Below are positions 32,801 to 46,018 of a stretch of 64,000 nucleotides of DNA, one piece after another. Under the pieces are notes generated by a model. It saw only the letters and a program-made list of their open reading frames with translations, had not been told where the DNA came from and ran no database searches. Source of the DNA: the human T2T-CHM13v2.0 reference genome, Homo sapiens; the NCBI RefSeq assembly GCF_009914755.1, contig NC_060930.1; one strand, given 5' to 3'. The position numbers and the translations under genes were made by a program. The stretch's first letter is position 1, and every line of letters starts with the position of its first letter.

Positions 32801-35800
32801 CTATCTCTCTTATTTATTCTTTCAAAAAGCAAACTTCTGAATTTGTTGAACTTTTGTATGGTTTTTCACATCTCAATTTCATTCGATTCAGCTCTGATTT
32901 TGGTTATTTCTTGTCTTCTGCTAGCTTTGGGAGTTGGTTGCTGTTCTTTTCCTATTTCTTCTAGGTGTGATATTAGGTTGTTAATTTGAGATATTTCTAA
33001 CTTTTTGATGTGGGCATTTATTACTATAAACATTCTTCTTCAGTCTGCTTTAGCTGTGTCCCAGAGATTCTGGCATGTGGTGAATTGATTCTCATTAGTT
33101 TCAAATAATTTCTTGATTTATGCCTTAATTTCACTGTTTACCCAAGTCATTCTGTAACAGATTGTTTAATTTCCATATAATTGTGTGGTTTTGAGAGATT
33201 TTCTTAGTATTAATGTCTTTTCTATCAGACTGTGCTCTGAGAATGTGGTTGGTATATTTTCAGTTTTTTATTTTTTTTAATTTTCTGAGGATTGTTTTCT
33301 GGCTAAATGTGTGCTTGATTTTAGAGTATGTGGTATGTGCAGAAGAGAAGAATGTATAGTATGTACAGAAGAGAAGAATGTATATGCTCTTGTTTTGGGG
33401 CATCAAGTTCAGTAGATGTCTGTTAGTTCCATTTGGTCAAGTGCTGAGTATAGGTCCTGAATATCTTTGTTAGTTTTTTCCCTCAATGATCTAATACTAT
33501 CAGTGGAGTGTTTAAGCCTCTCATTATTATTGTTCAGTTATCTAGGTCTCTTCATAGGTCTGTAAGAACTTGCTTTATGAAGCTGGGTGCCCTTCTATTA
33601 GGTGCATACATATTTAGGATAGTTAGGTCTTTTCATTGAGTGAGTCCTTCACCATTAGGTAATGCTCTTCTTTGTCTTTTTAAATTGTTGTTGTTGATTT
33701 ATAGTCTTTTTTGCCTGATACTAGAATAGAAAGCTCTGCTCTTTTCTGTTTTCTGTTTGCTTGGCAGATTTTTCTCCATTTCTTTACTTTGAGCCTATCG
33801 GGGTTATTGCATGTGAGATGGGCCTCTTGAAGCGAGCATACAGTTGGGTCTTGCTTCTTTATCCAAGTTGACATTCTGTGCCTTTTATTTGGGCATTTAT
33901 ACTGTTTACATTTAAGGTTAATATTGATATGTGTGGGTTTGATCCTGTCATCGTGTTGTTAGCTGGTTACTATGCAGACTTGATTGTGTAGTTGCTCTAT
34001 ATACTTAAATGTGTTTTTGTGGTGACCAGTAATGGTCTTTGTTTCCATGGTTAGCACTCTTTTAAGGACTTCTTGTAAGGCAGATCTTGTGGTAATGAAT
34101 TCCTGTACCATTTGCTTGTCTGAAAAGGATCTTATTTCTCCTTTGCTTATGAAACTTAGTTTGGTTAGGTATGACATTCTTTGTTGGATTTTTTTTCTTT
34201 AAGAATGCTGAATATAGGCCCCCAAACTCTTCTGCTTATAGGGTTTCTGGTGAAAGGTCCACTGTTAGCTTGATGGTGATCTCTTTTTAGGTGACCAACC
34301 CCTTCTCTCTAGATGCTTTTAAGAGTTTTTCTTTCATATCTACCTTATGGAATCTGAGGACTATGTGTCTTGGGGATGGTCATCTCATATAGTGTCTCAC
34401 AGGGGTTCTCCACATTTCCCAAATTTTAGTGTTGGCCTCTTTAGCAAGGTTGGGGAAATTTTCATGAAAGATATCTTTAAATATGTTTTCTAAGTTGCTT
34501 GTTTTTTTCTCTCTCTCTTTTAGGGATGCTAATGAATTGTAGATTTGGTCTCTTTACATTATCCCATATTTCTTGGAGGTTTTGCTCATTCTTTTTTACT
34601 CATTTTTATTTATTTTTGTCTGACTGAAATATTTTGGAGAGGTAGTCTTCGAGTTCTGAGACTCTTTCTTTGGCTTCATCATTTCTGCCGTTAGTACTTA
34701 GGATTGTATTATGTAATCCTTAAAGTGAGCTTTTCAGCTTTACCAGATCATTTCTTAAAGTGGCCATTTCATCTTTTCGCTCCTGTTTCATTTTATTGTA
34801 CTTCTTATATCTCTTGGATTGGGTTTTGATTTTCTCTTGAATATGGATGATCTTTGTTCCTATCCATATTTTGAATTCTATGTGTCATTTGAGCCATTTC
34901 AGCCTGGTTAAGAACCATTGCTGACAAACTAGCGTGGCTGGTTGAAGGTAGGAAGACCCTCTGGTTTTCTGAGTTGCCACAGTTCTTGCACTGGTTCTTT
35001 CTCATGTGTATGGGCTGATGTTTCTTCAGTCTTCAGGTTGCTGTCCTTTGGATGAGGTTTTTTGCTTTTTCATCTTTGATACCCTTGGGAGTTTGATTGT
35101 GCTATAAGGTAGGTACAGTCAACTGGCCTCATTTGTGGAAGATTTTATGAGGCCAAGGCTCAGCTCAGCACTCCTGGACTATGTGCTCTAACTCTGGGGG
35201 GCTGGCAGTGGGGCCCTAGCTTTGTTCTCTGGCCCCTAAAGGTTAGGAACCTGCTGCACTGGAGGGGCCAAAGTGTTCCCAGTCTGCTGTCCACAACACC
35301 CCGATGAGGGCTGCCCACTAAATTACTTCATCAAGGTGTTGGCAGTGGAATTTGTGCTCGCTTGCACATGCCAGCGATTGCAGCAATGCTCAGTGTGTAT
35401 GTGAATTGCCTGGGATGTGGGACCAGTGGAAGCAGGGCAGTGGCATTCCTGCTGCACCTCCTCATGCAGGTGGTTGTGGTGGTGGTGACATGACAGGGTC
35501 AGGGCACTGTGGTAACAGGTTGTCTGGCATTTGTGCCAGTGGTGGTGGCATGGGGTTGGGTGTCAGGGTGTGCTAGCACCAGCAGAGGGAGGTTGTGGTG
35601 GGGGAAGACCGTGGCAGCCCTGTGTGTTTCAGCCGGTTCCAGTGCACTGGAACTCTCTGACAGTCAGGTGCAGTCTGCCAGCAAAGGAGCTATGGTAAAG
35701 TTTTCCAGGAAGCACCCTGTTTGGGCATCTGAGGCTGCACTGCAAGTGGGTGCAACCAGTCTGGAGCCCTAGGAGAGGCCAGAAGACAGGGTAGTGCTCA

Positions 35801-36322
35801 GATCAGACTAGCCCCATCTCACAAGGAAGACCACCCTGCTGTGTCCAGGTATGACAGTCACCCCTAGGCTAATGTCTCCTAGAGGAGCGTAGGTGTCCCT
35901 GGCTGTGCTCCATTGCAGCCACTCCCATGCCAAACTCTCTGAGCTGTGCACTGGCTGGAGTCCTGCTCCTGCCACCTCTCCTGGCAGCTCTCCCTGCCAG
36001 GGTAAGTGTTTGTGGAGGTCATGGGGTCTCCTGCTGATAGGATTCTGGAGATCCAAGGTGAGAGCAGGCCATACCTTGGCTGTTCATCTCACTCCTTCCC
36101 CAGGAGACGCTGGAGCCCAGGAATGAGTCCCTTTGCTCAGCAGCCCTGTGCAGGGTTCCTAGCATCCTTTCCCTCCAGCCTGGCCTCTATGTCTTCCTTC
36201 CATCCACTCATTGCCTTCTCTCCAAAGATCTGCTCAGAGAGTATTTCATTCTTCCCTATGTCCCTGTCTCTTGATGGGAGATGTTCCTCCTGGCTGTGCT
36301 TAGCCGGCCGTCTTGGCTCCCC
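29870..36322 (-). mobile_element. Second full-length old LINE-1 (L1PA15/16-like)
   Basis: 3' UTR at 29.9 kb, ORF2 remnants (30906-33874), ORF1 remnants (33959-35005) and a GC-rich 5' UTR ending ggccgtcttggctcccc. Possible decayed TSD ccatattttt / ccgcattttt. Confidence 0.9.
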
Positions 36323-37529
36323 AGCCGCATTTTTATAGGATAATTAATTAGAAGGGCAGTATAGTTTTAGACTGAGACCAGTCTAATTTATAACATCTCT
36401 GTTCACATACTTTCTGGCTGTGTATATCCTTGGGCAAGTGGCTTTATATCATTAAGTTTTATATTCTTCTCCAATTGTAAAAGCAGGTGAGTTGTCACTT
36501 AATGGGGCTAATGTAGAAATTAAATAAGATAAATGTCAGTTGCAAACCAAGGGTCTGAAACATACTAGATGTTAAACTGATGGTTTACTAGTATTGGTGA
36601 TGGTATCTAGTTTTCAAGCACAATAGAGTGGAATTTTGGTTTATAAACCAAAATTCTGTTAAGAAACAGTATTTTTAAGGCTATTCAGCAGAGACAATTT
36701 TTACCAATTTCATCTATATTTTAAATTTAAATGTTTCTTTTATTTTGAAATAATTTTTCGCAAGGCTTTGCTTTTCAAATGTAAATGTTTAATCTTTTAA
36801 ACACATTGGCTCTCTGGGCACCTAAAACTCTCTTCACTATCGACACTTTAGGATTTACTGGCCATGCTGTTGCTTCTGTTTTAATTTGCAATAGAGCACT
36901 TGTATAAATGTACTTTGAAATGTTTGGAAAGTTGTGTATGGACTGGAAAAATGCATGCGAGATGTTCCTTTGCTTTGTATATTGTGAAAGGGAGGATTTG
37001 TACATGCTTTGTTGTTGTTGTTACATACGCTAGTTTACTGTTTTGAACATAATTTGTTTACTACTTTGAATTCCCTATTTGATGGAAGTGAAATGTGATC
37101 TTGCTGGACAGTAGAAGGAAAGACTGCCTGTATTTCATGCTCATACCTACTAAAGCATCAGACTGTTTCATATTTAAGAGCAGTTTAAAAAGCACGTGAG
37201 GGTCTTCTTAATCTTAATTCTAGTGTCTTAAAAAATGTATGTGGAGATTATATGTTTTTGAGACACTATAATTAAGGTCAAGAAGGGAGGTAATTTGCAT
37301 TCCCCTTGAAAAAGCTTTGATACCAGCTCTGGGGACTGAGGGGCATTGTCAGTGAGAGGGCCCCACACAGAGGCTTCTATGTCTCCAGCCTGCAGCCTGG
37401 AGAACTATGAAGACTTCTGTTTAGCCTCACACAGAGGAAGGCAGAATAAACAAACTGAAATGGCCCAAACAAGCTACTGGGTTTTTCCCTAGACTTAGGG
37501 TAAGGAAAAGGATCAGGCACTGATTTGAC

Positions 37530-37554
37530 AAAAAAAAAAAAAAAAAAAAAAAAA
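37530..37554 (+). repeat. A25 homopolymer with no attached retroelement body
   Basis: Read directly from the sequence. Confidence 0.9.
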
Positions 37555-39563
37555 GTGAGCATACAGAAAAATATTTATAGGACACTCTATGCCATGCTCC
37601 TGGTTCACTGCAGATTATCAATCAGTGGAAAGTGATAGAAGCAATGGATCAGCAGAATGGGTATAGAGGTAAGACAGCAGTTGCAGCAGCAGTGGTGCTT
37701 GGCTCTGGTAGGGCTGGTGGAGCAGGGTTGCTGTATTAGAAGAGTCAGGACTTGTTCATATGTCTGTCTCTCCCTCTCCCCCAGATCATAGCTGAATACC
37801 CAGCCCTGGACTTTGCAGATAATAAGTGTAGCAAATATTTTTTAAAACATTTATCAGCATCATTTAAATTATTACAAAAGTTTATAAATTGAATCCTATA
37901 TAGTGCATTGTTCCCCTTAACTATTTCTGATTATATATCATCTTGTTATTTTAGATATTGAAGAATTTATCCCTCATGTTTCCTCAATTTTGTGTGTGTA
38001 TGAGTGAGGAACCACAAAAGTGTTTTCCTAAAAAAATACTTGCTAATATTCTGCTGTGTGTTGTATTTTGGTCCTAATGTTGAAAAACAAATATCCTCAA
38101 ATGACCTCAAATCTTGCTACCTAGGGAAGGAAATAGTGGCTTTTGGGAAATCAAGAACTTTTGAATATAAAAAAGTACCTAGAAGAATAAAAGGCACATT
38201 CCTTTATGTATCTTATTAGGCTTTCTTTTTTTCCTAAGTAGTAAAACAATCATTAGTTTCACTGAGTATTTTGGACAGCATATTAGAAATTTGAAGTACC
38301 AAGTTTACTATTCTTTACTGGAGATTGTCCAGCAGAGGAAAGCAAATACCAGTGGATGTGTGGAAGCATTTTCTGATCTTTAACACGTACACCTGCTATA
38401 CCTAACAGCCTGCTCAGAAGAAGGTTCTATTTCTAGATGGTAAATGAGAGCTTCCCAGTGGACCATTATTTTATCATGAGTGGTAGTGGGAGGAGGGACA
38501 GCGTTTGGACATGAGGGAATTATCATGTATGCCATCATATCATTGCTAGGTCATTTATCTCTTGTCTAGCCAAGTTCACGTTAAATTCTACTAGGTTAGC
38601 ACTTGAGGTCATTTAACAAAACTGCTGTTTATTAAGAATGGGAGACATGTTCTTCTTTGAATCCTGCAAGAGGTGGTTGCTGAAAATAATAGGAACCATA
38701 TCTTCATATTTTAGGCAAAAGTCACTTTTAAGAAGCTTTGTGATAAATCACCTAGAGAAGCCAGTGAATTATGCCCTAATGGTTGGAATGAGACAAGTTT
38801 TCTAATAGTGATGACAATTATTAATTACTAATCACAAGTATGTGTGTGGTGGGAGTGAATCTCAAAGCTATAATAAAAGGAAATTTGTGCCTTTTTGCAT
38901 AATGAATGAGAAAAGTCTCTTTAAAAGAGCAAAGAAAACTATTAAATTATAAAATTGTTGAATTTCTTGTCACAACCTTTAGAAACTCTATAAACTCATC
39001 TAAAACCCCAATTCACTGTAGTGTGAAAAATAGATACATATTCAGAGTGATCATTTATCTTGAATTAAAATTAAGCATCCGAGTCATTACAAACTTATCT
39101 CCTGCTTATGGACATGCTGACATAAAAGTATTTAAAACTTCTGAGTAGAAAAGGATATTAATGATGCAAGGATAGGCCAGAAAATGAATACACTTCTTAC
39201 TAAGGAAATAATGATTGTTATTCAAGCTGCAAAACCTAAACATGGAAAGGAAGGTAAACTGGCGTTTATTAAAAATCTTTCTTTATTTGTTTGCTAACCT
39301 CAGTCCTAGTTGTATTCACATTTGTTACTTTGTTTAATCCCCCCAATAATCCTTAAATGTAGATATTACAACAACTTTACAGATGATGAATTAAAGTTTG
39401 CTAAACATTGAATTAATTTGTAATCAATCACGTAACTGCTGAATGCTAGAGTCTAAACCCTAGCCTAGGCAAACATGCCTCCAAACCCCCTCCATTTTCC
39501 ATTATACCAAGCTGTGTGGAACTGAGTACTCCCTGTTCATGTCTGCCATTAGCTATTGAGCAT

Positions 39564-40010
39564 TATGGTAGGCAAAATAATAGACCCCCTGGCCAAAGAT
39601 GTCCATGCCCTAATTTCTGGAGCCTGTAATAATGAAGTGATGGACCTTGAGGTGGCAATACTATCCTGGATTATGTAGCTGGACCCAATGTAACCACAAA
39701 GTCCTAAAGATAGAAGAAAGAGTCAGCAGAGTCACAGTCAGAGGAGTCAGGACAGAAGCAGAGGTTGGAGTGATGTGATTGTTGGCTTTGAAGGAGGAGA
39801 CCATGAAACAAGTGACTTCTGTAAGCTGGAAAAGACAAGGAAACAAGTTCTTCCTAAAGCCTCCAGAAGGAATACAGCCCTGCTGACACCTTGATTTTAG
39901 CCCAGTGAGACGCATTTTGGGCTTTTGACTTCCAGAACTATAAAATAGATTTGTGTTGTTTTAAACCACGAAGTTTGTGGTACTATCACAGTAGCAAGGA
40001 AACTAATACA
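39564..40010 (+). mobile_element. MLT1 (MLT1D/C-like) LTR
   Basis: ggtaggcaaaataat...aaagatgtccatgccctaat...cctccagaaggaatacagccctgctgacaccttgattttagccc...aaactaataca. Confidence 0.85.
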
Positions 40011-41427
40011 GGCATCTTAACAGTTGCTAGCTGCAGTGAATTTTTCATAATTTTTGTGAATTTTCAGATGTGGCTTTGCTTACTATCATTTCTGTAATCC
40101 TGGTCTCATAGTGCCACCTGAAAATGTTGAGAAACGTAATTCAGTCATAGGTTTCAGATTTGAAGAGCAATTAAACTATATATGAGGGTTCTCATATAAG
40201 AAGTAATTGGGTTCCTTTATTTCAAAGCAGAATATCAAAAGAGAGTCAGAAGGATTTGACATGTTTGATGTAGAAAACTTTATTATTATTGTTATTGTTT
40301 TGGTTGTGGTTATTTTTCACTGCACCTTCCTCAGCACTCTAAGTCCAAAAGAGCCCTTTTTCAAAATTTCATCTTTTTCTTGTTAATAATAGAGATCTCT
40401 GTGCCTCTAAATGGTGTTTGGTCAGTGAGTTTTGTAATCTTAAATGGCAGAAATGTCATGACATGTAATTTTGTGAGAAAAGGATACTTACCCCTCCTAG
40501 CCTTTACATAAGTGAAATATAGTAAATGCTCTTAAAATAATTGTACATTTTCTTGTGAGAAATAACATTCCTTGTACTTTATGAGAAAAATATGTGTAAA
40601 GTTGCACATCATAGAAGATGCAGATTTTAATATCCAGTGTATTTCAGCAGTTTGGTATCAGAAAAGTGCACTGAGCTAGTGTTAAATAACTTTTTATTAG
40701 AATGTCCTCTCTATTGTTAAGTTGCCACATTATATGAGGAAACTCACTTCAGTTTTTGTGCCTTGGTTTCGTTGTTGTAAAATGGAGAGAATGGTACCTG
40801 TTTTGTTATTCCATTTAAAAAATCACTTGATATAATATAAGTGGCAGTGCTTAGAAAGGAATAAAAATAGTTACACCAATGCTAGGTGGTGTTTTTGTTT
40901 TTACTAAGAAAGTCCCTGAAGTCACCCTGCTCTCCCCACCACATACATACACAGACACACACATACACACATGTACACGTGTCAGGTCTAACAATGAAAT
41001 ACCCAGTTAAGGCATTTTGATTCCATGAAAGGATAAAATAACATTTAGTAAACAGCCTAAGTATTAATTAAAAAGTTATTCAATCTTTTGATATAAGTTC
41101 CACAAATACCTTCAATCAGAATTTATATTAATTTTTCAGTGTTCCCAGAGCTGAAATGATTATCACCTACTAAGGCAAAGGAAGAAAACAGCGTATTATG
41201 GGAGTCAAGCCAACTTTGCAACTTGCTGTGACTTATTATATTGGGTTATTTCCCCTGTTGCCACAAACAATATTTGTCAAAAGGGATAAATGCTCATTTT
41301 ATAAATTTGTTGTCCTAAAGTTTAAACTGAAAAATTAACATAAGTGCAGTGGTCTCTGAAGTAGGGGTTTGTGCACCCCTGAGGGTGCAGGGGAAGGAAA
41401 TTTTCTCTCTGTATATGTTTCTTTTTT

Positions 41428-41713
41428 GGCCGGGCGCCGTGGCTCACGCTTGTAACCCCACCACTTTGGGAGGCCGTGGCGGGCGGATCACGAGGTCAGG
41501 AGATCAAGACCACGGTGAAACCCCGTCTCTACTAAAAATACAAAAAATTAGCCGGGCGTTGTGGTGGGCGCCTGTAGTCGCAGCTACTCGGAGAGGCTGA
41601 GGCAGGAGAATGGCGTGAACCCGGGAGGCGGAGCTTGCAGTGAGCCGAAATCGCGCCACTGCACTCCAACCTGGGTGACAGAGCGAGACTCCGTCTCAAA
41701 AAAAAAAAAAAAA
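41428..41713 (+). mobile_element. Young AluY with the 12-bp left-arm deletion (AluYd lineage)
   Basis: CpG-rich. gatcaagacca^cggtgaaacc lacks tcctggctaaca; ctactcggagaggctgagg. TSD gtttctttttt at 41417-41427 and 41714-41724. Confidence 0.9.
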
Positions 41714-42260
41714 GTTTCTTTTTTCGTATCTGTAAATTATTATTTGCAACTTTATTTCTGCTTTGGGTTTGTTTTATAGTATATATAACAAATTGGTATA
41801 TAGTATGTCTATATAATTTATAATTTATAAATATGTAAATATTAGGGCTACTACTCAACAGTATGGTGATGGTGTTTGCACAGTGAAAAAATGTTTCAAG
41901 AATACTACAATAGTGAAACAGTACACAGAATTTAAATATGACTTCATAGGCACTACTACTGAAGTTTAGAGAAAAAGAATTCATTGACCCATTTGACAAA
42001 TTCTGATTGTCTACTATAAGCCAGATAATCTGCATTTTGTCACTGTCCATGCAACAGTTCTCTGAGGCAGGTATCTTCATTTTGTGTTCATGAAAACTGA
42101 GGCTTAGGGAAGTAAAGTAACCCAGCTAAGGTCATGTAACTCATAAAGGATGCAGCCAAGTCTCAAATCCTTATCTGTTGGACTTCAAAGGTCAAATTCC
42201 CAACCCCATTCTCACCTGCCTCCTACTCTGCTGAATAGCTTAGTATGAGAGCAAAGGTTG

Positions 42261-44489
42261 TGATATGGTTAGGCTCTGTGTCCCCACCCAAATCTCATCT
42301 CGAATTTTAATCCCCATAATCCCCATTTGTCAGGGGAAGGACCTGGTGGGAGGTGATTGAATCATGGCGGTGGTTTCCCCCATGGTGTTCTCATTGTAGT
42401 GAGGGAGTTCTCAGGAGATCTGATGGTTTTATATGGGGCTCTTTTTCCTTCACTCCCTTTTTCTCTCCCCTGCTGCCTTCTGAAGAAGGTCCTTGCTTGC
42501 CCCTTGCCTTCTGCCATGATTGTAAGTTTCCTGAGGCCTCCCTAGCCATGTGCAACTGTGAGTCAATTAAACCTCCTTTCTTTATAAATCACCCAGTCTT
42601 GGGTATTTATTGCAGTGTGAGAATGGACCAGTACAGGAAATTGATACTGCAGAGAGTAGGGTACTGCTATAAAGATACTTGAAAATATGGAAGCAACTTT
42701 GGATAACAGGCAGAGGTTGGAACAGTTTGGAGGGCTCAGAAGAAGACAGGAAGATGTGGGAAAGTTTGAAGCTCCCTAGAGACTTGTTGAATGGACTTTA
42801 CCAAAATGCTGATATGATGTAGACAGTGAAGTCCAGGCTAAGGTGGTCTCAGATGGAAATGAGGAACTTCTTGGGAACTGGAGCAAAGGTCACTATTGCT
42901 ATGCTTTAGCAAAGAGACTGTCGGCATTTTGCCCCTGCCCTAGAGACCTGTGGAACTCTGAATGTGAGAGAGATGATGTGAAATTGGAACCTATGTTTAA
43001 AAGGGAAGGAGAGCATAAAAGTTTGGAAAATTTGCAGCCTGATGATGCAATAGAAAAGGAAAACCCATTTTCTGGGGAGACGTTCAAGCTGCCTGCAGAA
43101 ATTTGCATAAGTAACAAGGAGCAGAATGTTAATTGCCAAGACCATGGGGAAAATGTCCCCAGGGCATGTCAGAGATCTTGGTGGCAGCCCCTCCCATCAG
43201 AGGCATGGAGGCCTAGGAGGAAAATATGGTTTCATGGGTCGGCCCGTCACTATGTGCAGCCTTGGGACTTGGTCCCCTGCATCTCAGCCATGGCTAAAAG
43301 GGACCAAGGTACAGCTCAGACCATTGCTTCAGAGGGCACAAGCTCCAAGCCTTGGAGGCTTCCATGTGATGTTGGGGCTGTGGGTGCACAGAAGTCAAGA
43401 ATTGAGTCTTGGGAACCTCCTCCTAGATTTAGAGGATGTATGGAAATACCTGCATGTCCAGGCAGAAATTTGCTGCAGGGTTGGAGCCCTCATGGAGAAC
43501 CTCTGCTAGGGCAATGCAGAAGGGAAATGTGGGGTCGGAGCCCCCACACAGAGTCCCCACTGGGGCACTGCCTAGTGGAGCTGTGAGAAGAGGGCCACCA
43601 TCCTCCAGACCCCAGAATGGCAGCTCCACTGACAGCTTGCACTGTGTGCCTCGGAAAGCTGAAGACATTCAATGCAAGCCCATGAAAGCAGAGAGGGGGA
43701 CTGTACCCTGCGAAGCCACAGGGGTGGCTGCCCAAGGCTATGGGAGCCCACCTCTTGCATCAGTGTGCCTTAGATGTGAGACATGGCGTCAAAGGAGATC
43801 ATTTTGGAACTTTAAGGTTTAATGACTGCCTTGTTGGATTTCAGACTTGCATGGAACTGTAGCTCCTTTATTTTGGCCAATTTCTCACTTTTGGAACGAG
43901 TGTATTTACCCAATGCTTGTACACCCATTTTATCTAGGAAGTAACTAACTTGCTTTTGATTTTACAGGCTTATAGGTGGAAGGGACTTTCCTTGTCTTAG
44001 ATGAGACTTTGGATTTGGACTTTTGAGTTAATGTTGGATTGAGTTAAGACTTTGGGGGATTGTTGGAAGGGAATGATTGTGTTTTGAAGTGTGAGGACGA
44101 GATTTGGGAGGGGCCAGGGGCAGAATTATATGGTTTGGGCTGTGTCCCCAGCCAAATCTCATCTCGAATTGCAATCCCCATAATCCTGGGAGGGACCTGG
44201 TGTGAGATGGTTGGATCCTGCGGTTGGTTTACCCCATGATGTTCTCATGATAATGAGTGAGTTCTCACAAGAACTGATGGTTTTATAAGAGGCCCTATCC
44301 CCTTCACTCTCTTCTGTCTCCTGCTGCCATGTGAAGAAGTCCTTGCTTCCCCTTTGCCTTCCACCATTATTGTAAGTTTCCTGAAGCCTCCCCAGCCATG
44401 TGGAACTGTGAGTCAATTAAACCTCTTCCTTTATAAATTACCCAGTCTCAGGTATTTCTTTATAGCAGTGTGAAAATGGACTAAATACA
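42261..44489 (+). mobile_element. Complete THE1D/MSTA-type MaLR provirus: 5' LTR 42261-42635, internal region 42636-44125, 3' LTR 44126-44489
   Basis: Two homologous LTRs t(g/t)atatgg...taca and a perfect 5-bp TSD ggttg (42256-42260, 44490-44494). Purine-rich tract before the 3' LTR. MaLR internal ORF remnant at 42843-43586. Confidence 0.95.
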
Positions 44490-45089
44490 GGTTGGAAATG
44501 TTAACTGGTTTTTAAAGTCAGTATGACTGGAATTTGGTGAGTAAATTAGCATGACGTTTTATAGATGTTAATTTCAAAAAGAAAAAAGAAAAAAAATCCT
44601 GGACACATCTGGATGAGTTATCCCATGCCATGTCCTTGAGATTTAGGAGATTAATAAGCAGAGCCAAGCTGGTGCATCTAAAAGATTTGACTTGAACTCA
44701 GAGACAGATAGCATAGCTAATTTCAGCTGGAAGCTTCTTAATCTCCAGGGTTCTTACCCAATGTTTTGGCTACCATAGGGAATGCCCTCATCATTGGGAG
44801 AGTTGCTGCCCTTCTCTAACTATAGTTTGAGGTTTGCTGGTAGCATTCCATTCTGGAGAGGGACTGATGGAACAGATAATGCCAAATACAGAACAAAGGT
44901 GAGGAGTCAGGCAAGGGTTAGGTGGAAAAAAGGATGGAAGACAGAGAAATAAATGGTACCATGCAAAGGAGCCAGGGTCTTCTAATCTTGAAGTTGTGAT
45001 AGACAAGCCAGACTATTCTGGAAATTATAGAAACAAGAGTGTGGCAGAGATGGCCAGCCAATTTAGGTTTCTCTTTTGGGGATATGGCT

Positions 45090-45452
45090 TGGAAATTCTT
45101 CTCAGCCAGTGACTTCACTTTCCAGTCCCACTTGTATCTAGGTGGGGCCATATGACTAGCCCTTGCCAGGAGGGTATGACTAGAAGGACACAATGGTTAT
45201 GAAACAGAGGTACCTGTTCCACAGTCTCTCTTTCTCATCTACAAGCCAGATGGAATGGCAGCAGAGGACCTAGAGGAATGCAGAGCCCCGTGATGGAAGG
45301 AACCTGGGCCCCAAGTGATCATGTGGATGATGGCTTAACTAGGAATACACACACTATGCTGTGTCATGAGTGAGTGAAGTCACTGGGAATTTGGGTTTTA
45401 TCTATTATAAAACTGCCTAAGATTTTAATGCCACATTACCTTAGTTAATACA
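45090..45452 (+). mobile_element. MLT1 LTR remnant
   Basis: ttcccagtcccacttg-like start, ggggccatatgactag, gatggaaggaacctggg. Confidence 0.6.
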
Positions 45453-45738
45453 AAATCATTAACAGACTCAACAAGTGGATGAAACTAGGACAGTGTGGAA
45501 ACTAGTTATTGATGCAGTCAAAAAGAGTACAGTAAGTATAATTAATATTGAATCGAAACTTTTTTCAATGCTACATACTTCTAAGGAGAAAAAAAGAAAC
45601 AGAGAAAGCATGGAATGTAAAAACACAACAGAAGATGACAGATATTAGACCAAATATTTTAGTAATCACAAAATATGTGAACTGATCAAAGGCATCTGTT
45701 GAAAGATACAAACTAAGATTTATTAAAAATATCAATTT

Positions 45739-46018
45739 GGCCAGGCACGGACACCAAGGCAGGCGGATCGCCTGAGGTCAGTAGTTTGAGACCAGCCTGG
45801 CCAACATGGTGAAACCCTGTCTCTACTTAAAAAAAAAAAAAAAAAATTATCTGGGCGTGTTGGCGCACTCCTGTGATCCCAGCTGCTCAGGAGGCTGAGG
45901 CAGGAGAATAGGAGAATCGCCTGAACCAGGGAGGCAGAGGTTGCAGCGAGCCGAGATCACACCACTGTGCTCCAGCCTGGACGACAGAGCAAGACTCAGT
46001 CTCAAAAAAAAAAAAAAA
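45739..46018 (+). mobile_element. AluS with a ~30-bp left-arm deletion and an 8-bp duplication
   Basis: ggccaggcacgg^acaccaaggcaggcggatc; ggagaata-ggagaatc. Confidence 0.9.

Noticed and set aside
42843-43822. Overlapping ORFs (247 aa and others) as a host gene
   Set aside because: They are remnants of the MaLR internal region between two LTRs.
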